Of a stretch of DNA of 64,000 nucleotides, positions 19,164-29,475 are shown piece by piece. Source of the DNA: Patescibacteria group bacterium (GTDB lineage Bacteria > Patescibacteriota > Microgenomatia > Daviesbacterales > UBA10151); contig JAMCSY010000011.1 in assembly GCA_023379125.1 (NCBI GenBank), positions 5,333 through 69,332 on the forward strand. Direction: 5' to 3'. Below the pieces are notes generated by a model. It saw only the letters and a list, made by a program, of their open reading frames with translations. It did no database searches and was not told where the DNA came from. Each line of letters begins with the position of its first letter. Position 1 is the stretch's first letter. Made by a program: the position numbers and the translations under genes.

Positions 19164-19708
19164 TAATTTGTTTTAATTTTTAAGGTAAAACGATAGACAT
19201 TATCTTTCCCCATTGATAAACCATCAAAATCAACCAGCGAGATTAAGTTTTGATTTTTTGACTGATCAGCTAAATCATGAAAAAGTGCATCCATATCCGC
19301 AAGAGAAGTAGTATTTAAAGAGATAATCAGATTATTACTTTTATCTAAAGACAAATCCGTTACTTGCATTCCTGGTGGAAGTAAATTCATAATCAGGCTA
19401 TAGATCTGTTTACGCTTTTGATCACCACCTAGAATGCCTTCGATCGAAGTCAAACGATCCTTGATTAACCAAGCCTGGCTATCTTTATCAGACATGGCCA
19501 ATACTTGATTCTGATCATTAGAGACGCGATCGTTGGCACTATTTAGTGCAGATTGTTGAGTAAGGCGCAAAGCAACTGTAGCTCCTCCTAAAATAACTAC
19601 AAAAACCAGCACACCAAAACTGACCTTTCTTAACAGATCAAACTTGAGATTCTGCTTTTTCTCTTCAAGTAAATCGGTTGGGAGTAAATTAACCGCTAAT
19701 TTATTCAT
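19163..19708 (-). CDS. pilN: Type IV pilus alignment protein, PilN-like
   Basis: VNLLP PilM-binding motif, TM, coiled coil. Confidence 0.8.
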   Translation of the reverse strand: MNKLAVNLLPTDLLEEKKQNLKFDLLRKVSFGVLVFVVILGGATVALRLTQQSALNSANDRVSNDQNQVLAMSDKDSQAWLIKDRLTSIEGILGGDQKRKQIYSLIMNLLPPGMQVTDLSLDKSNNLIISLNTTSLADMDALFHDLADQSKNQNLISLVDFDGLSMGKDNVYRFTLKIKTN

Positions 19709-19726
19709 GATGTTTCCTCACTTGAT

Positions 19727-20755
19727 TTACTCACTGCGCAAGGCTAAACCAACGGCAATGGTATAGTGAGTAGCATTTTCCAAAAGTTTAGCTTGAATTG
19801 AAGCATCTTTTTCAATAAAGTACCAAGGATCAGCTTCTTGAATTTCCAAGCCTAGTTTATTAGCAAAAAAGATTACTAAGCCAGGTAGTTTAGCTCCACC
19901 TCCAGTTAACACCACTCGTTTAATTTGATTCTGGGGGAACTTATTCTCAAAAGCCTGAACAACCCTACCAGATTCAGTCACAATCAGATCCACTAAAGGC
20001 TCTAGGACCTGATAAATTTTGCCACCTAATTGGTCTTGTAGTAAACCATATACTTTTTTATACTCCTCAGCTTGCATCATCTCAAAGTTTAAGTATTGGG
20101 CAATAGCTCTGGTTAAAGCAATTCCGCCGGTTGAGATAGAACGCGTTAACAAAATCATCCCCTTTGAGACCACTGCAAAGTCAGTTGAGGAAGCTCCAAG
20201 CTGCACAATCATAGTGGTTGGAGCATAAGGATTTCCCCCAACTAAAGCCCTAGTAGCCGCAATTAACTCAGTTTCCATCGCCATCGGTTTCAGTTGAATT
20301 TTACTCAAGACTTTGAGGTATTTTGCGACAGTATTTTTAGGTGATGCCACCACAAAAACTGTCGTATTATTGCGTTGCTTACTGCGGTCCATCACTTGCC
20401 AGTACAAATTAACCTGATCTGCTGGTAAAGGTACAAATTCTTCAGCTGAGTATTTAATAGCTGAAGCTAGTTCATCATCAGATAGATAAGGAAGATCACC
20501 AATTACCCGAGTGAAAATTCGTGATTCCGGTAAAGCCACTACAACTTCCTGCGGGGCTTTTAAAGCTTCCATTAAACTCTTAATTGATTTACTGACAGCA
20601 TCCAGATCTAAATCAAATTCTGAATTCATCCCAGGTTGGGGAGTGGGAGTAGAACCAAAAGAGACTAAACGTGGAGTCTTGGCTTTGTGAGATAAAACTA
20701 CTGCTTTAATGGAAAAACTTCCAATATCTATTCCAGTTACATAATCGGCAGCCAT
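19727..20755 (-). CDS. pilM: Type IV pilus assembly protein PilM
   Basis: GIDIGSFSIK, VVLTGGGAKLPGL, IAVGLALR actin-like motifs. Confidence 0.93.
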   Translation of the reverse strand: MAADYVTGIDIGSFSIKAVVLSHKAKTPRLVSFGSTPTPQPGMNSEFDLDLDAVSKSIKSLMEALKAPQEVVVALPESRIFTRVIGDLPYLSDDELASAIKYSAEEFVPLPADQVNLYWQVMDRSKQRNNTTVFVVASPKNTVAKYLKVLSKIQLKPMAMETELIAATRALVGGNPYAPTTMIVQLGASSTDFAVVSKGMILLTRSISTGGIALTRAIAQYLNFEMMQAEEYKKVYGLLQDQLGGKIYQVLEPLVDLIVTESGRVVQAFENKFPQNQIKRVVLTGGGAKLPGLVIFFANKLGLEIQEADPWYFIEKDASIQAKLLENATHYTIAVGLALRSE

Positions 20756-20851
20756 ATATAATTTGGATGTTCACACTCATAGTACACGACATTATTTGAG
20801 TGTCTATATCTATTTAAATATGTCTAATCTCAAAATGCAAGAATTGAAAAA

Positions 20852-22651
20852 CTACTTTTCTTGATAGCTACCCTTAATAATACTAAAGGAGCCAGATGGC
20901 CCGGATGAGAAAAACGAAGAAGCCAACCCAGTGTCATAATCAACTACTACGTTGTTTGACAGATTAATTTTCCAAGCTGTAAGCTCTGTCATGTGATTAT
21001 TATTACTGATAACTACCATGCCATAAGGTGCATATAAAACACCTTGATTACCACTATTGGCTACACTGACCGCAGTTGAGCCGTTAGTCCTACTATCATA
21101 AGTAGTTAGGGTAAGCAGATAGCTACCAGCAGTCCCTGAACCCAGCAATCTGCAGCTATTACTCAGAGTAATCACACCATCCACTACGATTACCCCAGAA
21201 GAAGCACCATAAGAGCTATCTAGATTAAGCACCACATTATTACTTAGATTCAAGTAACCAGTAATCCAAACTGGATCTTTGATTGTCACCATACAGTTGT
21301 TAGTAAAAGTAACATTACCAACATATTTACCTGGACCAAGCGTAGTACGACAACTTGAGATATTACCGGTATAAACACCCGCTGCTGTGGCTGCATCTTT
21401 CCAGGCTTGGATATTGGCATCAGATACAGGCATTGCTTTGGCAGGAGGATCAGCAGATCCAGGATAATAATTACCAGCAGAAATGCCGTTGGCAGTTTGA
21501 TAATAAGCACCACCATTAATTAGTAATGAATTTAACGTATTAGCATGAGCATCGCCTTGAACAGTCGATCCATTAGTTCCAGTAATATTAGTTCTGGTAC
21601 CACCCATGAAGGTTTTAAAATCCAAATCGACTAAAGTAGAGTTCCAGATGGGAGTAGTAGCTTGCCAATTTGCTGACCATTTAGCCGCACCTCTAGTATA
21701 ACCTTGACTAGAGTCTGCTGACCAACTCCAATAGTTTGTAGCATTGGAGGTTGTATCTAAAAGGATCCAGTACGTGTTACCAGAGTTTACCTGGGGAGAG
21801 CTAGTAAATGTGACCTCAACAAAACCATAGTTACCTGTCACCAAGCTAGCAGGTAAGGTACCTGAGGCAATCACATTATTTTTATCTGGGGAGCCATTTT
21901 TATCTTTAGTAATTCTGACAGTAATGTCTGGTGGGGAACCGACTTTTTTCAAATTGAGAGAAATTTTATTTAAATAGTCACTAACAGACGGCTTGAAGCT
22001 TTGGGCTACATCCAGCTGATCGTTGCCAGCCACGTTTTTCCCAAAGACAAAATCAGTACAGCTTGGGGTTGTACAAACGCTTTCTTGATCAGGTGCAGGA
22101 GCGACACCTCCTGCTACATACGCATCACCTGTGACAATCGAGTTATTACTCATTGAAACATTACCATTGGAGTAGATTGAACCATTCACTCGTGCTCCAT
22201 TGGACATTTGTAACCCTCCCTCACCAACCTGGACACCATAATTAAAAGAAACTCCTAAACCTTTTGAAGCGGACACTTTGATTGTTCTAGTAACTTTCGG
22301 CTCAGCTTTGGATGGGATATAGCCTGTAGCCTCAATTACTTTAGTGCCTACATCGGGGGTAGTCACAGTTACCGAATATGACCCTTCACCTAACTGAATC
22401 TCACTGTCACCGTTATATGAACCACCAGTTGCATTAAGTGACGCCAGAGCTTTATCGACACCAGCCTCAGCTAAATTAGTTGCTTGAGTCTCTTCCACTG
22501 AATACTTTGCATTATTTGAATATATCTGTGATCCTCCAATAATGACTAAAGTATTAACCAAAACAAGTCCAATCACAATCACACCTAAAATAAGAATCTG
22601 CCCTGATTCTATCGTTGGACAAAATGATTTGTTTAGTTGTCGTTTATTCAT
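20852..22651 (-). CDS. Large PilX/GspK-like minor pilin, probable tip adhesin
   Basis: G|QILI (no Glu5), AEAGVDKAL, large Gly/Ser/Asn/Thr-rich beta C-terminal region. Confidence 0.75.
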   Translation of the reverse strand: MNKRQLNKSFCPTIESGQILILGVIVIGLVLVNTLVIIGGSQIYSNNAKYSVEETQATNLAEAGVDKALASLNATGGSYNGDSEIQLGEGSYSVTVTTPDVGTKVIEATGYIPSKAEPKVTRTIKVSASKGLGVSFNYGVQVGEGGLQMSNGARVNGSIYSNGNVSMSNNSIVTGDAYVAGGVAPAPDQESVCTTPSCTDFVFGKNVAGNDQLDVAQSFKPSVSDYLNKISLNLKKVGSPPDITVRITKDKNGSPDKNNVIASGTLPASLVTGNYGFVEVTFTSSPQVNSGNTYWILLDTTSNATNYWSWSADSSQGYTRGAAKWSANWQATTPIWNSTLVDLDFKTFMGGTRTNITGTNGSTVQGDAHANTLNSLLINGGAYYQTANGISAGNYYPGSADPPAKAMPVSDANIQAWKDAATAAGVYTGNISSCRTTLGPGKYVGNVTFTNNCMVTIKDPVWITGYLNLSNNVVLNLDSSYGASSGVIVVDGVITLSNSCRLLGSGTAGSYLLTLTTYDSRTNGSTAVSVANSGNQGVLYAPYGMVVISNNNHMTELTAWKINLSNNVVVDYDTGLASSFFSSGPSGSFSIIKGSYQEK

Positions 22652-22661
22652 TGCTCTAGAC

Positions 22662-23228
22662 CTACATATTTCTTAAAGTCACTGAAACTTTGGATGTCCT
22701 TTGTGAACTAACTTGACCTGTTTGGGCTAAGACTGTCAAAGAAACCTCGACCACACTGGCTGAAACAGGCGTTACTTGATTACCATTCTTATCATAAAAC
22801 TTATATTGGACATTATCGAGTAGGGTAGTAAGTACCTGATTAGTTGACTTACGACTACTTTGTGGATCGGGAAAAATTTGCATTCGCAGAATGTTGGGAT
22901 TTGTGGGATCGGTTGAAAAAACTACATAGTCATAAGTATCTGGAATAATTTCAGTAGGACCTTCCGAGGCCAGTTTCAAAACCAAAACATGACTACTGGT
23001 AACAAAACTAGGAGTTGCTTCTGGATATCCAGTAGCTACTGCTGAGGCCTGTCTAATCATTGAAGTTAAATTATCCATCGTGTCATTAATGTTTACTCCC
23101 TCGTTAATTACAGCACCTTGTTTGAAAAAGAATCCATTTGAATTAACCAATATACTTATTAAAAAAGTCCCCACCACTAAACCAATCGCGGAGACAATTA
23201 TGACTTCTAGTAAAGAAAAACCTTTCAT
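22662..23228 (-). CDS. PilW/GspJ-like minor pilin
   Basis: G|FSLLEVII, IRQAS, terminal VTLRN. Confidence 0.75.
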   Translation of the reverse strand: MKGFSLLEVIIVSAIGLVVGTFLISILVNSNGFFFKQGAVINEGVNINDTMDNLTSMIRQASAVATGYPEATPSFVTSSHVLVLKLASEGPTEIIPDTYDYVVFSTDPTNPNILRMQIFPDPQSSRKSTNQVLTTLLDNVQYKFYDKNGNQVTPVSASVVEVSLTVLAQTGQVSSQRTSKVSVTLRNM

Positions 23229-23234
23229 AAGCAG

Positions 23235-23666
23235 TTATTGTGCTAATCCACCTTGACTAACAATTGTAGATAAATCTACCGTTTTGTCATCGCCAGATTC
23301 ATTCCAAGCCACACTGACTGTAACTATTTTTGCTTTTTCACCATTTATACAAGCAGGCTCCTGACAATCATTAACTGTGTAGCTGGCTGTTGACTTGGGT
23401 AAACTAGTTAAATCAGGGTCAGTGAAATTATTTGTGCCATTGGAGAGTGAATCATAAGAAAGTTTACGTAAATACTCCAATTCTCGAGTAGCAATATCCT
23501 TAGCAATTGAGGAATGACGACTACGGTTAATTGAGGACACAGATGAGGGTAAATTAGCTACTAGTAGAGCCAAGGCAGCAATAATAACTGTCACTAGAAC
23601 TAACTCAATTACTGAGACTCCTTGTTCAAGATATTTTTGATGTTTATTTTGGGCAGTAAAAACCAT
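23235..23666 (-). CDS. PilV/GspI-like minor pilin
   Basis: G|VSVIELV, ELEYLR, KIVTVSVAW. Confidence 0.75.
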   Translation of the reverse strand: MVFTAQNKHQKYLEQGVSVIELVLVTVIIAALALLVANLPSSVSSINRSRHSSIAKDIATRELEYLRKLSYDSLSNGTNNFTDPDLTSLPKSTASYTVNDCQEPACINGEKAKIVTVSVAWNESGDDKTVDLSTIVSQGGLAQ

Positions 23667-23696
23667 CTTTTTGTTATAAGTATTAGGTCTATTCTT

Positions 23697-24665
23697 TTAT
23701 TTGGTTAAATCACCATTGGAAAAGAGTACATAATCCATAAATGGAGGTAATACATCTTTGTCCTGAAAAATCTGCAGCACTCTTTTTGAATCACCAGACA
23801 CTCCTTCAGATTTAAAAATATGGGCCTGTAAAGGAATAGAATATCCAGAAGGAGGTTCTATCCCCACTGGCTGGCTATAAGCAGTAGAAAAAAGCATTCT
23901 GGCCCTAATCATTAAGGGTGTATCTGCATCATTGTGTTTGATTCCGGCTGCCTGTGACATATTTAAATTAACCTGACAGTAAAATTGCTCAGTTGTAGTG
24001 CCGTCATTAACTGGAATTGGAGCCACAGACGAGCCCCAAACATTACATCCAGAAAAACCAGTAGTATTTGTTCTGGCAGCTGCGCAAGTAGGGTCATTTT
24101 TACAATAGGAGTCGTAATATTTCCTCACAACGTAGTAACCACCGGTGGTATCGCGAAAAGCCATCGTTAGTTCCAATCCAGGTTGCTGTTCCAAATTACT
24201 ACTATAATCTTGCAGATCACCAAAATACAAAGTTAACAAATTACTTTTGCAAAGCATTGGTTTACCGTCTGTGGCCATATAGCCACAGTTTAAATCAGAC
24301 GTAGTAGGATCCACTAACCAAAATTGAGCTACCTCGTCTTTATTCAGTGGAGGAACTGCGAGTGCTGTACCTGTCACAGGAATATCAACTTGCCACTTCA
24401 CATTAGCTAAAGCAGTATTGCCAAAATTTGTGGTAAAAGTATTACTGGAAACACCTGCTCCAACGCTTTCCTGTAAAGCCTTTTCTAAACCTGCCTCTGC
24501 AGCAGCAAAAGCTCGTGAGGAATTTTCTGCTTTGGTAGAATTCGAAATTTCCGTAGTACTACGGCTGATAATCGATAGAGCAATTGCCAATATCACAACC
24601 ATCACTAGCAGCAAAATTACTACTACTTGGCCTGTTTGATTGAGTTTTAAATAATTTTTAATCAT
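23697..24665 (-). CDS. PilX-like minor pilin
   Basis: G|QVVV (no Glu5), RAFAAAEAGLEKAL. Confidence 0.75.
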   Translation of the reverse strand: MIKNYLKLNQTGQVVVILLLVMVVILAIALSIISRSTTEISNSTKAENSSRAFAAAEAGLEKALQESVGAGVSSNTFTTNFGNTALANVKWQVDIPVTGTALAVPPLNKDEVAQFWLVDPTTSDLNCGYMATDGKPMLCKSNLLTLYFGDLQDYSSNLEQQPGLELTMAFRDTTGGYYVVRKYYDSYCKNDPTCAAARTNTTGFSGCNVWGSSVAPIPVNDGTTTEQFYCQVNLNMSQAAGIKHNDADTPLMIRARMLFSTAYSQPVGIEPPSGYSIPLQAHIFKSEGVSGDSKRVLQIFQDKDVLPPFMDYVLFSNGDLTK

Positions 24666-24713
24666 CCCCTGATTCCATCGTATAACAAAACTACTTACAG
24701 CGGCAATTTATTG

Positions 24714-25430
24714 CTAAAACTGTGAGCCTCTGACCATTACTGATGTCTCAAATTGCACACCACTACTATTAACACTTGATTCGAATACTTGACCAGCTGA
24801 GATAGCTTCCTTCACCGCATATCTGATTAAAATCACATCACGATAACCCGAGCTAGAAACTGGCGTAAAAATATTTGCACCCGAAGACTCTTGTACAAAA
24901 GATACTCCATTTTTTAGATCATTAGGATCGCTGAGGTTGATTAAAGTACCAGAAACTGGTGATGTGCACAATTCACTATCTGAGTAGGGAAGTGAGGTAT
25001 CGGAATGAACAGGGATATCAGTAAAATCTTCCCGTGAGATATAGCCATTAGTGCTGACGGTGGGAGAGTGATAGGCAAATTTTGTATACAGTCCACTGGT
25101 AGAGCTGTCTGATGAAAGACCATGCACAACAATAGTTTGACCATCACCACTGATACACATGACTTGCTGAGATTCTCTAATTGTTAAACTCAATTTATCC
25201 ATTACTGATTGACCATTTTGTTTAACCTGATTTAAAGTCTGGACTTTGTTTTCTCCCCGCAGAGTCTGTAGCAAAATATCAGAAATAATAATCATAATCA
25301 CCCCTAAAACAGCAACAGCAACTAACATCTCCACTAAGGTAAACCCAGTATTTACACATTTTAATCCTGTATTATTCTGTCCCCTGTGTAAAAACTTCAG
25401 ACCAGATTTGATACTCCTGTTAATTTGCAT
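24714..25430 (-). CDS. PilW-like minor pilin
   Basis: G|FTLVEML, IRES, terminal FETSVMVR. Confidence 0.75.
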   Translation of the reverse strand: MQINRSIKSGLKFLHRGQNNTGLKCVNTGFTLVEMLVAVAVLGVIMIIISDILLQTLRGENKVQTLNQVKQNGQSVMDKLSLTIRESQQVMCISGDGQTIVVHGLSSDSSTSGLYTKFAYHSPTVSTNGYISREDFTDIPVHSDTSLPYSDSELCTSPVSGTLINLSDPNDLKNGVSFVQESSGANIFTPVSSSGYRDVILIRYAVKEAISAGQVFESSVNSSGVQFETSVMVRGSQF

Positions 25431-25434
25431 CTGT

Positions 25435-26088
25435 TTATTGTTGGTGATTTGTCAAAACTGTTTGTAAATTTGATTCATGGTTACCGACAGCATCAGTCCA
25501 ACGCACCCTGACTACCACATCCTTCTCGTTATTAGGTTGTTCTGGTGGGTAGCCTGAGTCATATTTATCATAAATAAAAATTTGTCTGGAAAAGCCCGGA
25601 TCCAGCCCTGTATTGTCCCAACTGGCAGAAGAATCATGAATTTCTTGCAAGCTCACTGATAAAGGGTTAGCCAAGTAAAAATAACAACCCAGAGTACCAG
25701 AAACTGCTTTATCAGTATCAGGCGGTGTAATACTACATAAATGATCAGAGGGATCACTTAACACTCGATTCCATAATTCCGAAAAGGGGCAACTGGAGCC
25801 AGTACAAGACCCTCCACCAGTGAAGGTATCTGCACCCCACAATTCTACTGAACCATCCCGATCTCGCACTGCCTGGATTTTTTCAATTGCATCCTGAGCA
25901 TATTTGGTTGCCTTAGCTTGATTTTGGGCAAACTGACTATTATGCAGGCTGTTGATTACAGCAATCGCCAAACCCGTTAAAACTACAGCTGTAATTGCCA
26001 AAACGATTAGGATTTCCACCAGACTCTGCCCCTGTTGAGCTGTTTTCATCTCTTTTTTCCCAGAAAGTTGCCTTTCTAAAAAAGGCAT
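25435..26088 (-). CDS. PilV-like minor pilin
   Basis: G|QSLVEIL, AQDAIEKIQAVRD, KDVVVRVRW. Confidence 0.75.
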   Translation of the reverse strand: MPFLERQLSGKKEMKTAQQGQSLVEILIVLAITAVVLTGLAIAVINSLHNSQFAQNQAKATKYAQDAIEKIQAVRDRDGSVELWGADTFTGGGSCTGSSCPFSELWNRVLSDPSDHLCSITPPDTDKAVSGTLGCYFYLANPLSVSLQEIHDSSASWDNTGLDPGFSRQIFIYDKYDSGYPPEQPNNEKDVVVRVRWTDAVGNHESNLQTVLTNHQQ

Positions 26089-26183
26089 TACCTTATTTCA
26101 CTATATGGTGAGGTCTGCAATCTTGTCAATGAATTCCAACTTCTTAATCAGGATTTGGGGCTGTTATCCTAACAAAAAAAGGA

Positions 26184-26870
26184 TTATGGGCAATCTGTGG
26201 CAGAGATACCACCACCCTTGTCAACTATAACGCAAGCCGTATATCCTGCACCGTGAGTTTGCCCCAGCTTGATGGTTGCCTTAGTCCAATCATAAGTAGT
26301 AGGTGACCCACAGCCAATGACAGCATCGGCAGTAATGTTGCTGTATTGGATTTTAAAGTCATTAATGGGCTGGTCATAAGTAAGTACCGAATTACTACAC
26401 GTTACGTTTAATACATTAATTGAGGTAGGAAAGGCATACGCAGCCAAAGGTTGTGGTGTAGGCAAAGGGGGATTGGTAGTATTGGCACATTCTGGCACTA
26501 CTTGAAAACTATAACTAGGCGGGGTACCCCCAGTTACACTTAATACAACATCCCAGCTCGAAGCTTTGTTTTTGGCATCAGCACTAAAGCCACCTTCATA
26601 AGTTGGATCACAAACCACACCACTGGCTGCATTATTTTGAGCTGTCCTGAGTGCTGTTTGTAGCTGAGTCGAGGTATTGTACAAATCTTGAGTATTATTA
26701 AAAACAGTGTACTGAGGAATTAAAATAACAGCAATCGAAGCCATAATACTCACCACAACTAGTAATTCAATTAAAGTAAAACCAATACTCGTATGTCTTA
26801 ACTTTGCCGGTGACTTTCTTTGGCAAAATGTCAAACTTAGATTGATAACAAAAGTAGTAATTTGTGGCAT
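26184..26870 (-). CDS. FimT/GspH-like minor pilin
   Basis: G|FTLIELL, LQTALRTAQNNA. Confidence 0.75.
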   Translation of the reverse strand: MPQITTFVINLSLTFCQRKSPAKLRHTSIGFTLIELLVVVSIMASIAVILIPQYTVFNNTQDLYNTSTQLQTALRTAQNNAASGVVCDPTYEGGFSADAKNKASSWDVVLSVTGGTPPSYSFQVVPECANTTNPPLPTPQPLAAYAFPTSINVLNVTCSNSVLTYDQPINDFKIQYSNITADAVIGCGSPTTYDWTKATIKLGQTHGAGYTACVIVDKGGGISATDCP

Positions 26871-26908
26871 TAACTAAAAAATAACATGGTTATATCATTA
26901 AAGTCATC

Positions 26909-27388
26909 TTAGGGACCAAGTTCTATATTACACTGAGTTGTACCAGCAGAGAGGCAATTTTGAGTCTGACAACCAGCAACTGTTGTAGGATATGACTGAT
27001 CACCCTCTTTGAGAGCGCATAAATAAAAAGTAGTACAGTTGCGATCATAAGTTGTACAACCACTTGGCAAAGAAAAATATTTATAAACCCTGTTGGTGCT
27101 AGGCGAAGGATCAGCGGGAATATTTGGTAAGTAGACAGGCACCATCTGTGCAGCAAACTCTGATGTTCCGGGATAAGAATGATTAACATTGCGATAAAGC
27201 TCCAGTGCTTGTTTCATCGAACCCAAATCTTTCATCCGTGATTGATCACGAGTGTTCTTCATGATATTAGTATAAACTACCGCGCCCACAGCCACCAAAG
27301 TAGCAATAATCGTCATCACAGCGAGCAATTCTACCAGAGTTAGTCCTTGCTGAAGTTTGTTGTTTAAATGTGTTTTATGGATAATCAT
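26909..27388 (-). CDS. Type IV pilin (GspG-like head)
   Basis: G|LTLVELL, RDQSRMKDL, ALELY...YP, four Cys. Confidence 0.85.
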   Translation of the reverse strand: MIIHKTHLNNKLQQGLTLVELLAVMTIIATLVAVGAVVYTNIMKNTRDQSRMKDLGSMKQALELYRNVNHSYPGTSEFAAQMVPVYLPNIPADPSPSTNRVYKYFSLPSGCTTYDRNCTTFYLCALKEGDQSYPTTVAGCQTQNCLSAGTTQCNIELGP

Positions 27389-27849
27389 TGAGGTACTACC
27401 CCAAAATTATAATTAGTAGTATCTGGAGAACAGACAGTTGAGCTTGAGGGAATACTACCTTCTAGCTTGGCACAAAGGTAATATTTGGTACAGTAGTTGC
27501 TCGAGGAGTTGTCACAACCAGCTGCACCTGAAGCATTTTGGGGAAAGTAAGCATAACTTGGCGCTGATTGCGGATCATTGGGCACCTTAGACATATAAGT
27601 CTTCGTTCCATCCGGATTGGTAATCGCTCCTCCGCCGATTAAAATAGTTGCAGGGTAGTAGTTCTGATCTGCATGATATTGTTCAATTGCTGCTTGAATA
27701 TTTCTTAAATCAGACTCTCTTTTAGCATCACGTCCATTCCTTTGTACTGAAGAAAAAGAGATTACAGAAATTGTTGCCAATACCGCAATGATGGAAATTG
27801 TCACTAATAGCTCGATTAAAGTAAAACCGAGGATTTTAGAAGTAGGCAT
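27385..27849 (-). CDS. Type IV pilin (GspG-like head)
   Basis: G|FTLIELL, RDAKRESDL, AIEQY...YP, LCAKLE; start moved to ATG 27849. Confidence 0.85.
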   Translation of the reverse strand: MPTSKILGFTLIELLVTISIIAVLATISVISFSSVQRNGRDAKRESDLRNIQAAIEQYHADQNYYPATILIGGGAITNPDGTKTYMSKVPNDPQSAPSYAYFPQNASGAAGCDNSSSNYCTKYYLCAKLEGSIPSSSTVCSPDTTNYNFGVVPQ

Positions 27850-27885
27850 TAACTTCAAGTTAGCATATCTTAGTCCGAGCATCAA

Positions 27886-29469
27886 GTGAGAGTTGACTTA
27901 TTTGTAGGGAAGCTAATAAAGTTGATAAAGTTATTTATAATTAAAGTGATCACCAGACTTATTACTCGTTATCAACTTATTTTTCTCTTTCTCAGCTTGG
28001 CAATCTTTATTGCAATATGCCTCAGATTTTTGCTAGTTTACCCAGCTGTTTGGCCTGATGAGGCAATTTATGCTGATATTGCCAAGCATTATTTAGCACA
28101 AAACCGTTTGGGAACTGATCTTTGGGGAAACACTATTCCAGGCATTCATGACCATGCTTACTGGTACCCACCAGTTTTTTTCTTTTTGATAAATCTTTGG
28201 ATTAATATTTTTGGAGTTAATATTCAAACGCAAAGACTGCTGTCTGTTTTAGCTGGAGGAAGCCTCCTGGTGGTTGTCTATTTGCTCACTAAGCAACTTC
28301 TACAGAAACATTCTAAAAAATCTTTGTTTCTTGTGTTATTTTCTATTTACCCTGTTTTTCTACTCATCAGCAACGCTCGGTACCTTAATGGGGCAAAGGT
28401 CAGCAGACCAGAGATTTTTCTGCTTTTCTTTGGCCTGGTTGCTGTCTATCTTTACCTTTCTCCTACTTTACATAAATATAAAACTTTACAGCCTATATCT
28501 GTTGGTTTTTTAATGAGTTTATCTTACTTAACTCATTTTATTGCTTTTTTCTTTCCACTCGCTGTTGTTATTCATCGTCTTGTCATACACAAAAAAATGA
28601 TCTTGCGGGATAAATTCTTCTATTTATTCTTAGTAGCTTTTCTTATTCCTATCATCTTATGGTTAATTAGTATCTACCCTGATTACAATATCCTATATGA
28701 ACAAGTGAGGTTAGCGATTGATCAAAAAGTAAATACTGGAACCACAATGTGGATCCATATGTATTTAAAGCTCAATAATCTACCCACTCTAGTAAATTAT
28801 TTTATTTATATATTTTTAACTTGGGAATTCTGTTTTGCAGTCTTGGTCAAAAAACAGGCTACCTATTATTTCTGGGCTATTATACTAGTCCTAAGCTGGG
28901 TATTTTCGCTTTATGGTCGGATGTCCTGGTATGTTTTAATTCCTTTGCCTTTTTTAGCGATCACACTATCAATTTACGCTCATGATAATATTCAGCAGAT
29001 TAAAAAACCATTCTTGTCAGCACGTAACTATTATCAGCTGTTGATTATTAGTGGGGTGTGTCTGGTATTAGTTTTAAGTATCGTTGATTTAGTCAGTAAT
29101 TATGATATTCAGTATTCTAATCAAGATTACTATACCTTCGGACAACAACTAAGCAATTTTATCCCTCAAGACAAAAAAGTATTATTAATCTCTTTACCTG
29201 ATGCCTATTTTAGTCTAGAAAAGCAAGGGTATTCCTTGTATGAATTTCCAGTCTTACCAACTTCCCGACAAAATATTGCTGAGCTTGTTAATCAAGCAGA
29301 CTACGTAGTTTTAAATTATCGCCTTGGAACAAGTGATTTTATTGATTATATTAATCCCTATTTACAACTCAACACTCTTGCTAGTACGCGTATTGGCACA
29401 ACATCGGGATATCAAGCCACCGTTATTGAATTAAAAAACAAGAATGAAAGAACCGAACCCCAACAGTAA
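27886..29469 (+). CDS. ArnT/PMT-family (GT-C fold) membrane glycosyltransferase
   Basis: WPDEAIY, YPPVFF, RLLSVLAG, RPE, many TM helices; true start uncertain and probably downstream. Confidence 0.8.
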   Translation: MRVDLFVGKLIKLIKLFIIKVITRLITRYQLIFLFLSLAIFIAICLRFLLVYPAVWPDEAIYADIAKHYLAQNRLGTDLWGNTIPGIHDHAYWYPPVFFFLINLWINIFGVNIQTQRLLSVLAGGSLLVVVYLLTKQLLQKHSKKSLFLVLFSIYPVFLLISNARYLNGAKVSRPEIFLLFFGLVAVYLYLSPTLHKYKTLQPISVGFLMSLSYLTHFIAFFFPLAVVIHRLVIHKKMILRDKFFYLFLVAFLIPIILWLISIYPDYNILYEQVRLAIDQKVNTGTTMWIHMYLKLNNLPTLVNYFIYIFLTWEFCFAVLVKKQATYYFWAIILVLSWVFSLYGRMSWYVLIPLPFLAITLSIYAHDNIQQIKKPFLSARNYYQLLIISGVCLVLVLSIVDLVSNYDIQYSNQDYYTFGQQLSNFIPQDKKVLLISLPDAYFSLEKQGYSLYEFPVLPTSRQNIAELVNQADYVVLNYRLGTSDFIDYINPYLQLNTLASTRIGTTSGYQATVIELKNKNERTEPQQ

Positions 29470-29475
29470 AATTAG

